From Mobula birostris (Eukaryota): DNA of 64,000 bases. The stretch covers positions 125,601,731 through 125,665,730 of the forward strand of contig NC_092378.1 in assembly GCF_030028105.1 (NCBI RefSeq), written 5' to 3'. Below the pieces are notes generated by a model. It ran no database searches, had not been told where the DNA came from, and saw nothing but the letters and a program-made list of their open reading frames with translations. Both the position numbers and the translations under genes were made by a program. Positions 13,336 to 26,815 of the stretch are shown here, piece by piece (position 1 is the first letter of the stretch; each line of letters begins with the position of its first letter).

Positions 13336-14719
13336 GGTCAGGAACTGATAAGCTGAGCTAGACAGTTACATGAGGAGATGGAAAATGCAAAGTTTGTCAT
13401 GCAAAGTGAAGTAGAACTGAGAAAGAAAAGACATGAAAATATGACGTGGAATTATTCCTCTAGCATTGCACTTCCCATCACCATAACCACTCCCTGTCCT
13501 GCAATTCTTAGTATATTTTATTTTACAGAGGAGATGATATACTGGCAGATGTCAGCTTGTTTGTTAGCCAGTATTCTGTATCCGGTTATGTACCCCTTAT
13601 CCTGCAAGAATTAAGAATGTGTGTTAATGATATTCAAAGTTCAAAGTACATATATGTCATCATGTACAACCCAGAGATTAAATTTCTTGCGGGCATACTC
13701 AACAAATGCATAGATAACAACAACTACAGAAACAATGAAAGAATGCAGCAGTTTGGGCGTTCAACCTGTGTATATTTATTCATGCCTGCAGGTTCATGCA
13801 GCATGTGACTGTCTTATTGGTGTAGTTTTTAGTTGTACTAAGGCGTAGGAGCATGGATAATGATTTGGGTGTTTGTGAATGAGAAGAAGGTGACAGATTT
13901 GAAGTGCGGTGCAGTGACGGTAGAAAAGAGAAAGGGAGGAATTTACTGTGAATTGTAACACTGTAGTTGTAGTCAAAGGCTGAGAGAGCAGTTTCCACAG
14001 ATGAGATCTTAGAAATTATTTTGCAACTGGAACAGTATCCTTTGGGGATATCTTTGGCATCACCTACTCTGCAAACTCAACCATTTGGTGGTGCTGGTAT
14101 TCCCTGTCAGGCTGCTTATTTGCTGGGTAAACTACATTAGGGTCCTGAATGGAGCATCACCCTCTCTGGATCTCTCCTGTCATTTATATTTAAGTAATTT
14201 TCCCACAGTACACAGCAATAAAGCTCCTTTCCTTTCACAAAAAAATGTTTACCTTTAAGTGGCTTCAGTGCTGCCAAATGTCAAACTGCGTTGCAAGTGG
14301 TAAGTACCCAATCAGTGACGTTAGCTACATGCCTGGAGCATTTTAATGAGGTCAAATTTGATATTCTGGCTTGGACTACATGAACAGGTACAGTACATGC
14401 CCCCTGCAGGCCTGGTTAGATAACCAAATGGAGTTCTAGACCAGTGTTTAGAAACTGAAGATTGTTTTACAAAGCAATTGCGATGGACCTGAACTAATAG
14501 ATCTGGTTGCACTTATAATTCCAGCCGCACAATTTAGAGTAATAATGACCTGAAGAGCAATAAAGTAAAACCTGAGAGAGGAACGTGGATGGAAAAGACA
14601 TCCAAGTTATTTATCCTCTCCAAAGATAAAATAAGCATCCTTTACAAGTTAATTTATAAGGAAATTAATTATGCTTGTTTAATGAGCAGTAAATTTGCTT
14701 AATATATTTTTCTCATTAG

Positions 14720-14772
14720 GCTGATACAGCGCATGCTGAGGTAGAAACTGAGAAGAAAGATGTCCAAGACAG
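14720..14772 (+). CDS. CCDC154: CCDC154-like small coding exon (ADTAHAEVETEKKDVQD-R)
   Basis: tctcattAG acceptor and CAG|GTaacc donor; 53 bp; phase 0 to 2 bridges the exons at 8265 and 19149. Confidence 0.75.
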
Positions 14773-15039
14773 GTAACCAGATAACAATTACGTTTGTACA
14801 TTGCTAACTAATAAAATTGAATTTAAACATCTCCTTTCCCATTTCCACAAATTCCACTTTGATTCAATAACTAGAAGGAAGTGAAAGCAACTTAATTATT
14901 CCTACACTCACAGTCAAAATATTTTAAGAGTAGCAGCAGTCTCTTCCCAGGTTACATTCAGATTGTATTACATAAAACATAAAAGTTACACCGTAGCAAC
15001 AAATCGTTTGGCCAATAAATGAAAATAAGTAAAAAAAGA

Positions 15040-16960
15040 GAAATAAACACTGAAAACCTGAACTAAAAACAGGAGACACTCAACAGATCAGACAATATCT
15101 GTGGACAGGGAAACAGTTCACATTTCTGCTCTGGGAACCTTGATCAGAACTGAGGAGAGAAACAAGTAATTTTAGCTGCCAGAGAAAGAGGTAAGGAAGA
15201 ATAGGTGGGACAAAGGGAATTTTTCTCATCGATTGACAGAGTGGTAGCTAAAGGGCTGTTAGATTCGGATTCAGCTATTTGCATGTGTAACATATTGTTA
15301 ATGGCAAGCATATGGGAAAAAAGGAAGGAGAAATAACAAGATGATTGAGTGAAGTAATGGCTGGCAAAAATAACCATTATTCATATGGAGAGAGAAAAAT
15401 AGTGAATAATTTATAATTTTGAATCCAGTCAATCCTGTGAATTGAGCACAGAACGACCGCTTAGTCTACATTTGGCTTCTCAGACCTGGAGGTGGCCATA
15501 TTGTGAACACAGAATGCAGGACACTAAGATCAAAAATTTGCAAGAGAACTGCTGCTTGACCTGGAAAGGTTGTTTGGGTTCCTGAATGTCAGGAAGGAGG
15601 AGATGAAAGGGCAAGTATTGCATCTTCTTTGATGGCATGATAAAGGGGAGTGATTATATGGGGATAGAAAAGTGACCAGGGACTTGTGAAGGGAGCAACC
15701 CTTTAAAATGATGAACGGAGGCAGGGAGTAGTATTTGGATCTGATGGTGGAGATGGTGAAAATTATTCATTGAATGCAGAGACTCGTGGGGTGAAAGATA
15801 AAGAGCAGCAAACCCTTTTCTGTAACTTCTGCCTTCTCCAATGGGATTCTATCACCAATCATATCTTTCTCTCCCCCCACATTCTGCTTTCTGCAGGAAT
15901 CACTCCCTACATGACTCATTTGTCCATTCGTCCATTCCCACTGTTCTCCCTCCTGACACTTATCCTTGCAAGCGGAACAAGTGCTACACCTGCCCCTACA
16001 CCTCTTCCCTCACTACCACTCTCGGCCCCAAACAGTTGTTCCAGGTGAGGCGACATTTCACCTGTGAGTCTGTTGGTGTCATTTACTGTATCTGGTGCTC
16101 CCAGTGTGGCCTCCTGTGTAATGGTGAGACCTAACGTAGATTGGGAGACCACTTCATTGAGCACCTTAGCCCTGTCCGCCGCAAAAAATGGGATTTCCTA
16201 GTGTCCACCTATTTTGGTTCTACTTCCCATTCCTATTCCAACATGTCAGTCCATGGCCTCATCTGCTGCCACAATGAGGCCACACTCAGGTTGGAGGAGC
16301 AACACCTTGTATTCCGTCTGGATAGCTTCCAACTAGGTGGCAAGAGCATCAATTTCTTGAACTTCTGGCAATTGCCTCCTGCTCCTTCACCATTCCCCAT
16401 TCTTGTTTCCCTCTCACACCTTCTCTGCTCACCTACCCAGCACCTGCCTCTGGTGCTCTTCCCCTTTCCCTTTCTTCCATGGTCTTCAGATTCCTCATTC
16501 TCCAGCCTGTTATCAATTTCACCAATCAACTTCCCAGCTTTTTACTTCACCCCTTCCCCGTCCCAGTTTCACCTATCACCTACCACCTTGTACTTCTCCC
16601 TCCCCCTCATCCCCTCCCCCCCCCACTTCCTATGTTCTGGCTTCTTATCCTGATGAAGGGCCTCGGCCCAAAACAATGACTGTTTACTCTTTCCCATAGA
16701 TGCTGCCTGGCCTGCTGAGTTCTTCCGGCAGAATGTGTGTGTTGGTTTGAATTTCCAGCATCTGCAGTTTTTGTCATGTTAGCAAACCCGTTATTCCAGG
16801 AAGAGAAGTGGTGAAAGCAGATATTCAGGATGAGGTGTGACCAAGGTTCTGTCCATGGTGGCTGAAGGGAGGTCGTGATTCATGAAGGAGGATATATTTG
16901 GACAATAAGCCAAGAATGAGAACTCTAAATGAATCAGTGCTAAAGGAAGTCACTGCATTA
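15040..16960 (-). mobile_element. Old decayed Penelope-like element on the minus strand, interrupted at 15816-16780
   Basis: Reverse complement resembles the tail (15040-15150) and GIY-YIG region (15420-15800, e.g. ACCTGGAAAGGTTGTTTGGG) of the 51514-52850 copy. Confidence 0.5.
15816..16780 (+). mobile_element. Penelope-like element 3' part (Cys-rich linker, GIY-YIG, degenerate hammerhead, tail)
   Basis: TYPCKRNKCYTCPY, VIYCIWCSQCGLLCNGET, LRLEEQHLVFRL; CTGATGA-AGGGCCTCGGCCC-AAAA at 16650; 9-bp TSD AGCAAACCC (15807-15815 / 16781-16789). Confidence 0.9.
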
Positions 16961-17539
16961 TTATATTGAAGGATTGACTCTACAGATGTCGCACCGCCCC
17001 ATGAATCTGTCCACACATCCAGTTCCCTTCTTATTCCATGGCTCCAACTGCAAACCTAATTCCCAATTCCCAACTCCTGCCACACACTGAACCACGTTTC
17101 CAATCCTAGCTCCAGTTAGAAACCTCACCAAACCAAACCCAACCTTGCTCGTCTACCCCACATTAAAAGTAACCACATACGGGTAACTCCACAATAGAAG
17201 TTCAGGACTTGGGCTGTCGGGATCCTTGAGCAATCCCAACAATGACAGAATTGAATATTGCTCAGGTTGTCATAGCCGGGGAACTTACATGCTTTGATGT
17301 CAATATTGCTGCACCGATAGAGAAATGATGGGCAGAGAAGGCAACTTATAAAATAAGGCCATATATACACATTGTAAGGACAAATGGGAAGGGGGCCTCC
17401 ATCTTCATAGAATGAGCTTTGCTATCAAGATAATCTAGTTCTCTATCTCAGTGACGACTCCTAGAGGATTAGCAATCATTTTATAAAACACTGGCTCTTC
17501 TAAAGTGCTACATATGCCCCAAATCTGACACCTTCAGAT

Positions 17540-18390
17540 GAGACCAAGGAGGACTTCTGCTTCAACTTTCAAAAGTCCTGGTCTGCATCCAACGAGAGAC
17601 ACTGTGTGACTTCAACAGCTTGGAAAGTTGGAAAGAGACAAAACCCTTTGGTAAACTGTCACTCAGCGATTCAGGAATAGCTTCTTCCCCTCTGCCATCT
17701 GATTTCTAAGTGGACATTAAACCCATGAACACTACCTCACTACTTCTTATTTCTGTTTTTTTTTGTGCTACTTATTTTAACCTAACCATTATATATATAT
17801 AATTACTGTAATTTATTTTTTCTATATTTATCATGGATTTCATTGTATTGTTACTGTTAAGTTAACCAAACTTCACAACATGTGCCATTGATATTAAGCC
17901 TGATTCTGATTCACAAAGAGGAGTAGGGTTGGCTAACTCCAGCAGGAGGCTATTTTTGATAGAATTCTTGGAATAGATCCATGTCATAAGTACAACTTGT
18001 TTTGACTGAAGAGCGTATTGTCCACATCGCCTCCGCTATGGCAGGTACTGATATCTGGTGGACTGACTGCTGCCTTATCTGCTCCGTTATCTCCACCAAA
18101 CTGAACACAAAGCATCAGCATTAACAGAATCATTGATGTTAAAAAGATCAATGTTGAAGTTCTCAAAGAGCCCGCAAACATGGCTCTTCTCAAGCAGCAC
18201 CTCACACACAACTTGCCAACTTCCAGCGTGCAACAGCTACAGAGCGTTCACAGATTATGGACAGCCTTGAACTTCCATCATAATTGTTGCCTGCAAAGAG
18301 CATCTTGGCTTATTTACTAAGAGGAACAAGAATTGATTTGATGACAATGACCAGGTGATGAGGAGCTGACTGACAACGAACGTGCTCCTG
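17540..18390 (+). mobile_element. Decayed RTE-like LINE fragment interrupted by a Rex-type tail (~17660-17911)
   Basis: Translatable remnants such as INVEVLKEP and FDDNDQ; the insert ends in CCTGATTCTGATT like 60010-60021. Confidence 0.45.
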
Positions 18391-19148
18391 CTTCAATTTC
18401 TTATGTATTGATGATCAGAGACATTTAAAAACAGATCCAGCAGATTTAAATAACTTACATTTTTTTTGTAAATTTATTTTGTTTAAAAATTGCTTTACAT
18501 TTATTGAAATATTGCAATTAAGTAAAATGAAGGGAAAAAAAAACACCTTTTTAATCAAGGTCGACAAACCCATTGAAATGAGGTCACTCACAGACACAGA
18601 AGGTCAGGAACAAACTGGCCAACAGGTTCTTAGTGAAAGATTTCACGTAAATATGGGAAAGGTCAGATTTCTCCTTAACGAACTGAACCCACAGTTATCT
18701 TGAAACAGATGTCAAAGCTGTTTATCTAAGGAGTTTAAAGTTCTCTCTTTTCTACATGCTTTGCCTATTTTCTCTTTCAGTCTTTACTCAAGTTATGTTT
18801 TAGATTTTTTTCTAAGAATTTAAGTCTTCATACATGCAGCATTTTGGGTCTTAAGCGTTTGTTTTATTTGATTTTTTAGTATTGATACAAATAAATTAAA
18901 ATACAGTCGTATCAGCAAATACTTTGAAAAAATTAGAACATAGCAGTTACTTAAACAGAAACCACTTTTTAAAATTATGCTTTTACATATTTCTTAAGAG
19001 ATTTTAATGAGGGCACTTATTAATTTAGACTTTTTGTACTTTTTTTGATAAAGCAAAATATTTATGGGCAGGTCAATTCCCAGTAGTAACTCTAATACAC
19101 AACACTAAGCAGAAAATTTTAATTCAGATTTGGGATTTGTTTCTTTAG

Positions 19149-19263
19149 GGTGTGGAATATTGAATCAGTACGAAAGACTATGGGAACCTTATTGGCAGAT
19201 ATTCATCAAATTAAAGAGGACACGCCTGAAGAAATTGCAAAGATCAAAGATGATCTGATAGTT
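19149..19263 (+). CDS. CCDC154: CCDC154-like coding exon (VWNIESVRKTMGTLLADIHQIKEDTPEEIAKIKDDLIV)
   Basis: tttctttAG acceptor and consensus GTAAGT donor; 115 bp; phase 2 to 0. Confidence 0.88.
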
Positions 19264-21059
19264 GTAAGTTTACAACTGGTTACATTTATTTTGTCTTTTA
19301 AACTCAAAAATTGAAAATCACATGTCTTAAGGCTGCAATTAATGAAGAATTTTGTAAATATTAACCTAGTTTATGTGCATTTGAATCTTAAGCATGTGTT
19401 TCAGTCACGTTTTGAACTCTTGCTGGGACAATTCTATAACTGAAATGGCATTTAAATTGACTTGACTGAAGGGATATAATATTGCTTGCAGGTCATGACC
19501 AAGTTGTGAATATACAACCACTTAAACAAGTAGTGAGGAAGTATATTAGCTTCTTAGTCGAGCGAGATGACAGTAATCAGAACAAATTTTAATTTTAAAA
19601 TGATCTAAAATGAACTAAAAGTTAGAGTAGCCAGGTCTGAGTCATTATAAGAAGTTTCACTGTTTCAGTTGCTCAGAAGCAGTCTAGGGAAATGCACAGT
19701 GCTGCATTTCTCTCTATATTGGTACAGAGGGAAGCAGAGTACTTGCTCACAATGTTCCCAGATGATTGATGTAAAACTTTATATGTGATTATTGTGTACC
19801 TACAATAGCACTATCATGATAAATTTACAACACATACAAATACAGTAAATGCAGAAATGCTCTGTGCAAGGTTTACTAACTTTATCCAAATGAAAACAAT
19901 GTCAATTAATTGCTCCTTAAGTTGATAGAAACTTACACTTAATATTGACAATGTGACATGATTTTTGACCTACATTTTCCTTCGATTCTGTTTACAACTT
20001 GTGGCTAATTTAGAAATATTAACTTGCAAGTTTCAATATTTAAAATTCACAGCAGATCGATTTTATAATTACCTCTTGACAGCATCAATGTATATTTTTT
20101 ATAGAATCAAAATTTTAAGGGATGCTATTTTTCACAACACCGTATAATTGCAAAAATAGCAATTAATTATTTCTAAAGCTGTTTTGGAAGGTTGATATTA
20201 CAGAATTTAACATGTTTATTATAAAGTACTTTAAGCAAGGAACAAAATATATTTAAAAGCTTAAAAGATTCTTGAGAGTGTAAAAGTTAAGGGCATTATA
20301 TTGGACAGCTTTATGCTTATATTTGTTATTCTACATCTTCAAGATTGTGGGTGAAATGTTTTAAAGCTTCTGCCATACCTAGGGGAGGGTGGTGGTGTGG
20401 GGGATGGGTAATAAATATTAAGTGATAATTTTTATAACAGTTTTCCAGAGGTTACAGTTTAACCAAGTGTTAGACTTTGGAATATTATTTGAAAGTAGCT
20501 TAAGCAATTAAGTATAATAAGTCTGCAATTTGATACAAAAGTCTGTCATTTTAGCACTATTGAACCAAAGTACCAAAACCTCTCTGATTTTATATCTGCA
20601 AATTCTTCTAAGCAAGGATCTTGACTTTATAGTGTATCTAATACAATGGTCAGTCCTTTGCATATTTGTGGTTTTAAAAATTATTGTTGGTTAAATCAGT
20701 GAAAATATGAAATTTATGGCTGTCCTTATTTTAAACAATCTACAGAAAAATTTGGTGAATTAATTCATGACTCTCTGCACTGTGGTTGAACTGCAAAACA
20801 AATTAAAATCTGGTTATCTTAGGTAAAAGCTTGTTATCTTAATCTTTAAAGTAAACAGTTGAAATGGAAGTCGGCATGACATTTGAAATGTACGTGACGC
20901 CTAATCTGATATATAAAATTTTAAAAGACCTCTGCAAGAAACAACTGCAGAATCAATACTCCACATTTTTTCTGAATTTTTTTCTTGGAATTAAATAAAC
21001 TAGATTGTTTAAATTTCTGAAGTAAATGGAATAATTAAAATATAGACATTTAGTGTTAA

Positions 21060-22082
21060 GAGTGTATGCTGACTGAGCTAGTCTCAATTTCCTGCATTTG
21101 GGCCATACCCCTCAAAGCCTGTCCCCTCCATGTACTTAACCAAGTGCTTCTTAAATCATACTTGCCTCAACCACTTCTTCTGGCAGCTTGTCCATAAACT
21201 CACTACCCTCTGTGTGAAAAGGTTGCCCTTCAGGTGCCTTTTAAATCTTTCCCCTCACACCCTAAGTCTATGCCCTGTAGGTTTGGTCTCTGCAGCACTG
21301 TTACCACCCACCCTATCTATGCCTCTCATAAATTTAAACATTTCTATAAGGTCACTTCATTCTCTTATGTTGCATGGAATAAAGAGTTTGAATGATCAAC
21401 TTCGCTCAATAATTCAGACCTTCTAATCCTGACAACATTCTCATGATCTTTTCTGCACTCTTTACGGTTTAACCATGTCTTTGCTATAAGCAGTACACAG
21501 TGCTCCGTGTGGCCTCACTGATGGTTTATACAACTGCAGCATAATGTCCCAACTCCAATACTGATGCCTCAACTGATGACAGCCAGTGTGCTAAACGCCT
21601 TTTTCACCACTCTGTCTACCTGTGACGTTGCTTTCAATGAATTCTGCACTTGTACTCTTAAGTCCCTCTGTTCCATTACATTCCCTTTTCCACTCCTCAA
21701 TCCATCTCCGAGACTGATCAAGATCCCCTTGTTAACTTTGACAACATTCTTCACCATCAACAACATGTACTAATGTCATGTCATCTGCAAGCTTACTGAT
21801 CAAGCCTTTTACATTTGCATCCAAATCATTTGTATAAATAACAAATAACAAAAGATCCAGCACCGATGCCTGTAGCAGACTAATAGTCACAAGCCTTCAT
21901 TCCAAGAAACAACTTTCAATCCTCACGCTGTTCTTCCCGCCCCTGAGCTAATTTTGAATCCACTTAGCAAGCTCTCCCTGGATTCCATGGGACTTAATAT
22001 TCTAGACCAGCCAATCATACGAGACCTTGTCAAAGGCCAAATAGACAACATTCATTGCCCTACCCTCATTTTTTTTTGTTAC
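21060..22082 (-). mobile_element. Old CR1 fragment, 3' part; continues at 28035-28290 beyond the Gypsy insertion
   Basis: EQRDLRVQVQNSLKATSQVDRVVKKAF remnant; RT sequence resumes colinearly after the LTR element (compare 3060-3180). Confidence 0.8.
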
Positions 22083-23263
22083 TGTTATAATTTATAACTC
22101 CAAAACATAAAATTAATTGAAAGAAAGCAAAGCTGGGAGATGCTGGTGCTTAGTTCTGTTTTTACTTGTAACAAGGCACGCACTTATGATGTGGTAGTGT
22201 GATGATGGATTTCATTCACATACTTTTACATATAACCTGTAATTAATTAATTATTTAAATAACAAAGAATTTTCAATCAATATCACTCAAATATTATTGA
22301 AATATGAAATGCACAGCACTCCTCCCTGATCAGCTATAAACTCCAACTCAATATCTGCTTGGTGGGTGAGACTTATGGCGGTGAAACAATCTCAGGCTCT
22401 GGGGCCTCTGTGGTCCTTTCAGGGGTTGACTTGTGGACTGCAGGAAGTGGCTCTGACAGCTAAGGATATCTTTCTTCTCCAACAATTGACTCTGTACTCC
22501 TTAACTGATCAACGTGTCATCTCCAGATGACATCAGACGCAATCTACACTGTGTTGGAGAGTGGCCCAGTTCTGTCCTTAATCTCTCTAAGTACCCATTT
22601 TTGATTATCTCTGTGGTCCCTCGCCGGCACTGCTTGTCCAAGAGTGAAACACTGGGCCCTCCTCATTTGAGGAGCCCTCAGTTTGTCTCAGCTGTTTGTG
22701 CTGCATACTCCCTCTGAGAGGATCCAAGCATGAGCATGAGGGACGACCAAGGAACAGCATAGTTGGTGGGTGGTTGGTTGCTGCATTGCGATGCAAGGAG
22801 GACATCGGCACGATTCTGATTCAGTGTGTGTGTGGTGTGTTATGCTGACATTGCTTACAGCTTATTTTTTAGAATCTGGACAAACCTTTCCACCAAGTCT
22901 TTTATAGCTAGGTGGTACGGTGCAGATGTAATATGTCTTATTCCATTCTTTTTCAGGAATGACTGAAATTGTTACGCAGCAAACTGTGGTCTCTTGTCAC
23001 TGACTAAGTGTTTTAGAAGACCAGTCCTTGAGAAGAGGCTTCTCAACACATCAGCAGTGTGTGGCAGTAGTGGAGGCTTTTGAGAACACCATTAGCCACT
23101 TTGCATCCACTACTACCAAGAAATTTGTGCCCATGAATGGACTGGCGAGATCCACATGAATCCTCTGCCAGGACAATGCAGGCCGTACCCAGGGATGGAG
23201 AGGCGCTGCTCTTGGCATCTTCTGGACGTGTTGGCATCCTGAAAAGTACATGGCAAGCTGCTC

Positions 23264-23838
23264 ATTCCCATTCCCATTCTGACATGTCTATCCACGGCCT
23301 CCTCTACTGTAAAGATGAAGCCACACTCAGGTTGGAGGAACAACACCTTATATTCCGTCTGGGTAGCCTCCAACCTGATGGCATGAACATTAACTTCTCT
23401 AACTTCCGCTAGGCCCCACCTCCCCCTCGTACCCCATCTGTTACTTATTTTTATGCACACATTCTTTCTCTCACTCTCCTTTTTCTCCCTCTGTCTCTCT
23501 GAATATACCTCTTGCCCAACCTCTGGGTCCCCCCCCCCCTTGTCTTTCTTCCCGGACCTCCTGTCCCATGATCCTCTCGTATCCCCTTTTGCCAATCACC
23601 TGTCCAGCTCTTGGCTCCATCCCTCCCCCTCCTGTCTTCTCCTATCATTTTGGATCTCCCCCTCCCCCTCCAACTTTCAAATCCCTTACTCACTCTTCCT
23701 TCAGTTAGTCCTGACGAAGGGTCTCGGCCTGAAACGTCGACTGCACCTCTTCCTAGAGATGCTGCCTGGCCTGCTGCGTTCACCAGCAACTTTGATGTGT
23801 GTTGCTTGAATTTCCAGCATCTGCAGAATTCCTGTTAT
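23264..23838 (+). mobile_element. Young 5'-truncated Penelope-like element inserted in the Gypsy integrase
   Basis: LRLEEQHLIFRLGSLQPDGMN; pyrimidine-rich linker; hammerhead; perfect 13-bp TSD TGGCAAGCTGCTC (23251-23263 / 23839-23851). Confidence 0.93.
23707..23742 (+). ncRNA. Minimal type I hammerhead ribozyme (intact core)
   Basis: AGTC-CTGACGA-AGGGTCTCGGCCT-GAAAC-GTC/GACT: stem I AGUC:GACU, CUGANGA and GAAA core boxes, stem II hairpin, palindromic ACGU stem III, GUC cleavage triplet. Confidence 0.85.
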
Positions 23839-25969
23839 TGGCAAGCTGCTCGATCTGCTGATCTATCCCAGGCCACCAGGCAATGTTTCGAGCCAACGCT
23901 TTCATTTTAACCACGTCTAGATGATCTGTAAATAGTTGCCCCAACACTTCAGCTCTGAGATTGAATGGTACATTTCTCAATCCCCGCATAAGTCAACCCC
24001 CATCAAGGGCAGGTCCATCCCAGCGCTGGTAAAAATGGGGAACTGGGATTTCTGCTGCACATTCCTGCCATTTTGGGTGGCCATGTAGATGTGAGACAAT
24101 GTGGGATCTTTTCTGGTTTCCGTTTGGATTATGTCTGCCATAATAGGGAGACTTTCTATTTGTGTTAGGGAGAATACGTCAAAAGGAGTGTCATCTTTTG
24201 TAAATTTTTCAGTTATTTCCTTTTCCAAGGGTAAACAAGGCAATCCATCAGTACTCCCATGAATAGCTGTCCTCTTGAATTCAATCCTATGATTGAACCC
24301 TCCAAGAAGCAGAGGCCATCTCTGCATTCGTGCCGGTGTTGTTAGTGGAACACCCCTCAGTGGACTGAAAATGGACACTAGTGATTGATGATCAGTAATG
24401 AGGGTAAACTCTTTCCCATTCAAGTACTGGTTGAAACATTTTACATCCCAAACCAGACTCGAGTCCTCTCTGTCAATCTGTGCACAATATTTTTCTGCAG
24501 CGATAAGGGAACATGATGCAAAGGTTATGGGGCGTTCATTTCCATCACTCATAACTTGTGACATCACTGCGCCCACGCGAAAAGGCGAGGCATCACTGGA
24601 TGATGTGAATCATAATGTGTGACTATAGTGTCTGACATCACCATTTCCTTTGCCTTTTGGAAAGCCACCTCACACCGCTTTGTCTATTGCCATTTCTTTG
24701 TGCTCTGTAGTAATGAGTTCAAGGGGTGAAGCACAGTAGCTACTTTTGGCAGGAACCAGTTAGAGTAATTAACAAACCCTAAAAAGGGTTACAACTCTTT
24801 TGGCCTTGGGGCATCCACCACCGCTTGAATTTTCTCAGCACATTTGTGTAATTCTAGTGTGCCAGTGATGTGACTACATTAAGTGATGCTTGGTTTAGAG
24901 TTCACACTTGTCATGTCGTGCTCTGAGCCCATAATTTTCTTGAGATTTTGGAGATGTTTCTGTCATCGCCACTGGTAATGATGATGTCATCCAGGTAACA
25001 GTGAGTGCCCGTGAAGCCTTGCAGCACCTGGTCACGAGCTTTTCGCCAGAGTGCAGGTGTAGATGCTACTCCAAAAATAAGCCTATTTTTACGATAAAGC
25101 CCGACATGTGTGTTTATGGTGAGAAACACTTTGGACTCTTCTTCATCTCCATCTGTAGGTAGGCCTCAGCTAAGTCCACATGCTGAAGTGTTTCTGTCCA
25201 GAAAAATTTGCAAAGATATCCTCTATCTTGGGCAGAGGGTATTGATCTACTTTCAGTACTGGATTGATGGTGACCTTAAAATCACCACAGATTTTGATAG
25301 ACTCATTCTTTTTGGCTGCTGGGACCATTGGCATTGCCCTTGAGCTCCACTTAACTTTGGAAAGAATTCCTTCTGCTTCCATGTGATCTAGCTACTTTAT
25401 CACAGATGGTATATAGGAACTGGATGAACTTCTGAAATTTGGGTGTGGCATTTTATTTTAACACTAATTTATCCTTGATATGTTCGAGTTTTCCACTGAC
25501 ATCCTTGAACAGTGCTGTGGCATCATTCAGTGCCTTTCTTGATTCAGTTTCAGTTGACTCTGTTGCAGGCAATGTGGGACGCAAATGGCGGCTGGATCTC
25601 CAATCAAGCTGTAGTTGTCTCAGTCACTCAAGTCCCCACAATACTGACCCTCCTGTTTTTAACCACATACAAGCCCAGTGTGGCTTGTTGGTTGTTGTAT
25701 TTCACTATTAGGAATGTCATTCACACAGGATTTATCTTTTCTTCGGTATAAGTTCTTAGTTGGATATCTGCAGGCTTCAGTTTAGTATCTTTGAAATGCC
25801 TCTCAAACTCATTTTGTGGAATCACTGAAACAGCTGAACCAGTGTCCAATTCCATTTTAATTAATTTGCTGTTCACTTCTGGTGTAAGCCATATTGCTAG
25901 TCTATTGTTAGTTTTCACATTGTAAATCTGAAGGCTACACAGTCCTGTCACTCTCATCATTAGCAGATT

Positions 25970-26815
25970 TTTAGAGTCATAGAAAAGTGCAGCACAGAAA
26001 CAGCCACTTTGACCCATCTAGTCTATGCCAAACTATTTAAACTGCCTTCTCCCATTGATCTGCACCCATATCATATCCCTCCATACCCCTACCGTTCATG
26101 TACTTCTCCCAACTTCTCTTAAATGATGAAATCAAGCTCACATGCACCACTAGTGCTGACAGCTCGTTCCACTCTCTCACCATACTCTGAGTGAAAAACT
26201 TTCTCCTCATGTTCCCCTTAAACATTTCACCTTTCATCCATAACCCATGACCTCCAGTTAATCAATTACAGTACTGTATACATGTATAGAATAGATTAAA
26301 AAACATGCAAAAATCAGAAATACTGTATATTAAAAAAAATGAGGTAGTGTCCAAGGGTTCAATGTCCACTTAGGAATCAGATGGCAGAGGGAAAGAAGCT
26401 GTTCCTAAATCACTGAGTGTGTGCCTTCAGGCTTCTGAACCTCCTACCTGATGGTAACATTGAGAAAAGGTAACAGTGAGAAAACCTTATTTACATCTTT
26501 CCTGTATATAGGTGACCAAAGCTGTACGCAATTCTCCAAATTAGGCCTCACCAATGTCTTATAGAACTTCAACATAACATCTCATTTCCTGTGCTCAATA
26601 TTTTAATTTATGAAGTCCAATGTGCGAAAAGCTTTCTTTACAACCATATCAACATATGTTGCCACTTTCAGTGAATTATGGACCTGCATTCCCAGATCCC
26701 TTTGTTCTACCACACTCCTCAGTGCTCTACTATTCACTATGTAAGACCTACCCTGGTTGGTCCTACCGAAATGCAACACCTCACACTTGTCTGCATTAAA
26801 TTCCACCAATTTTTC
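25970..26815 (-). mobile_element. CR1 3' fragment inserted in the Gypsy gag-pol, itself interrupted by a Rex-type fragment (~26255-26480)
   Basis: FNADKCEVLHFGRTN and KFFTQSMVREWNEL; the inner piece is the reverse complement of 59710-59880. Confidence 0.85.

Noticed and set aside
23113-23910. Recurrent 100-160 aa ORFs (MLVNAAGQAASLGRG..., also at 40692 and 52461) resembling a small gene family
   Set aside because: They are translations of the non-coding linker, hammerhead and tail of the Penelope repeat.
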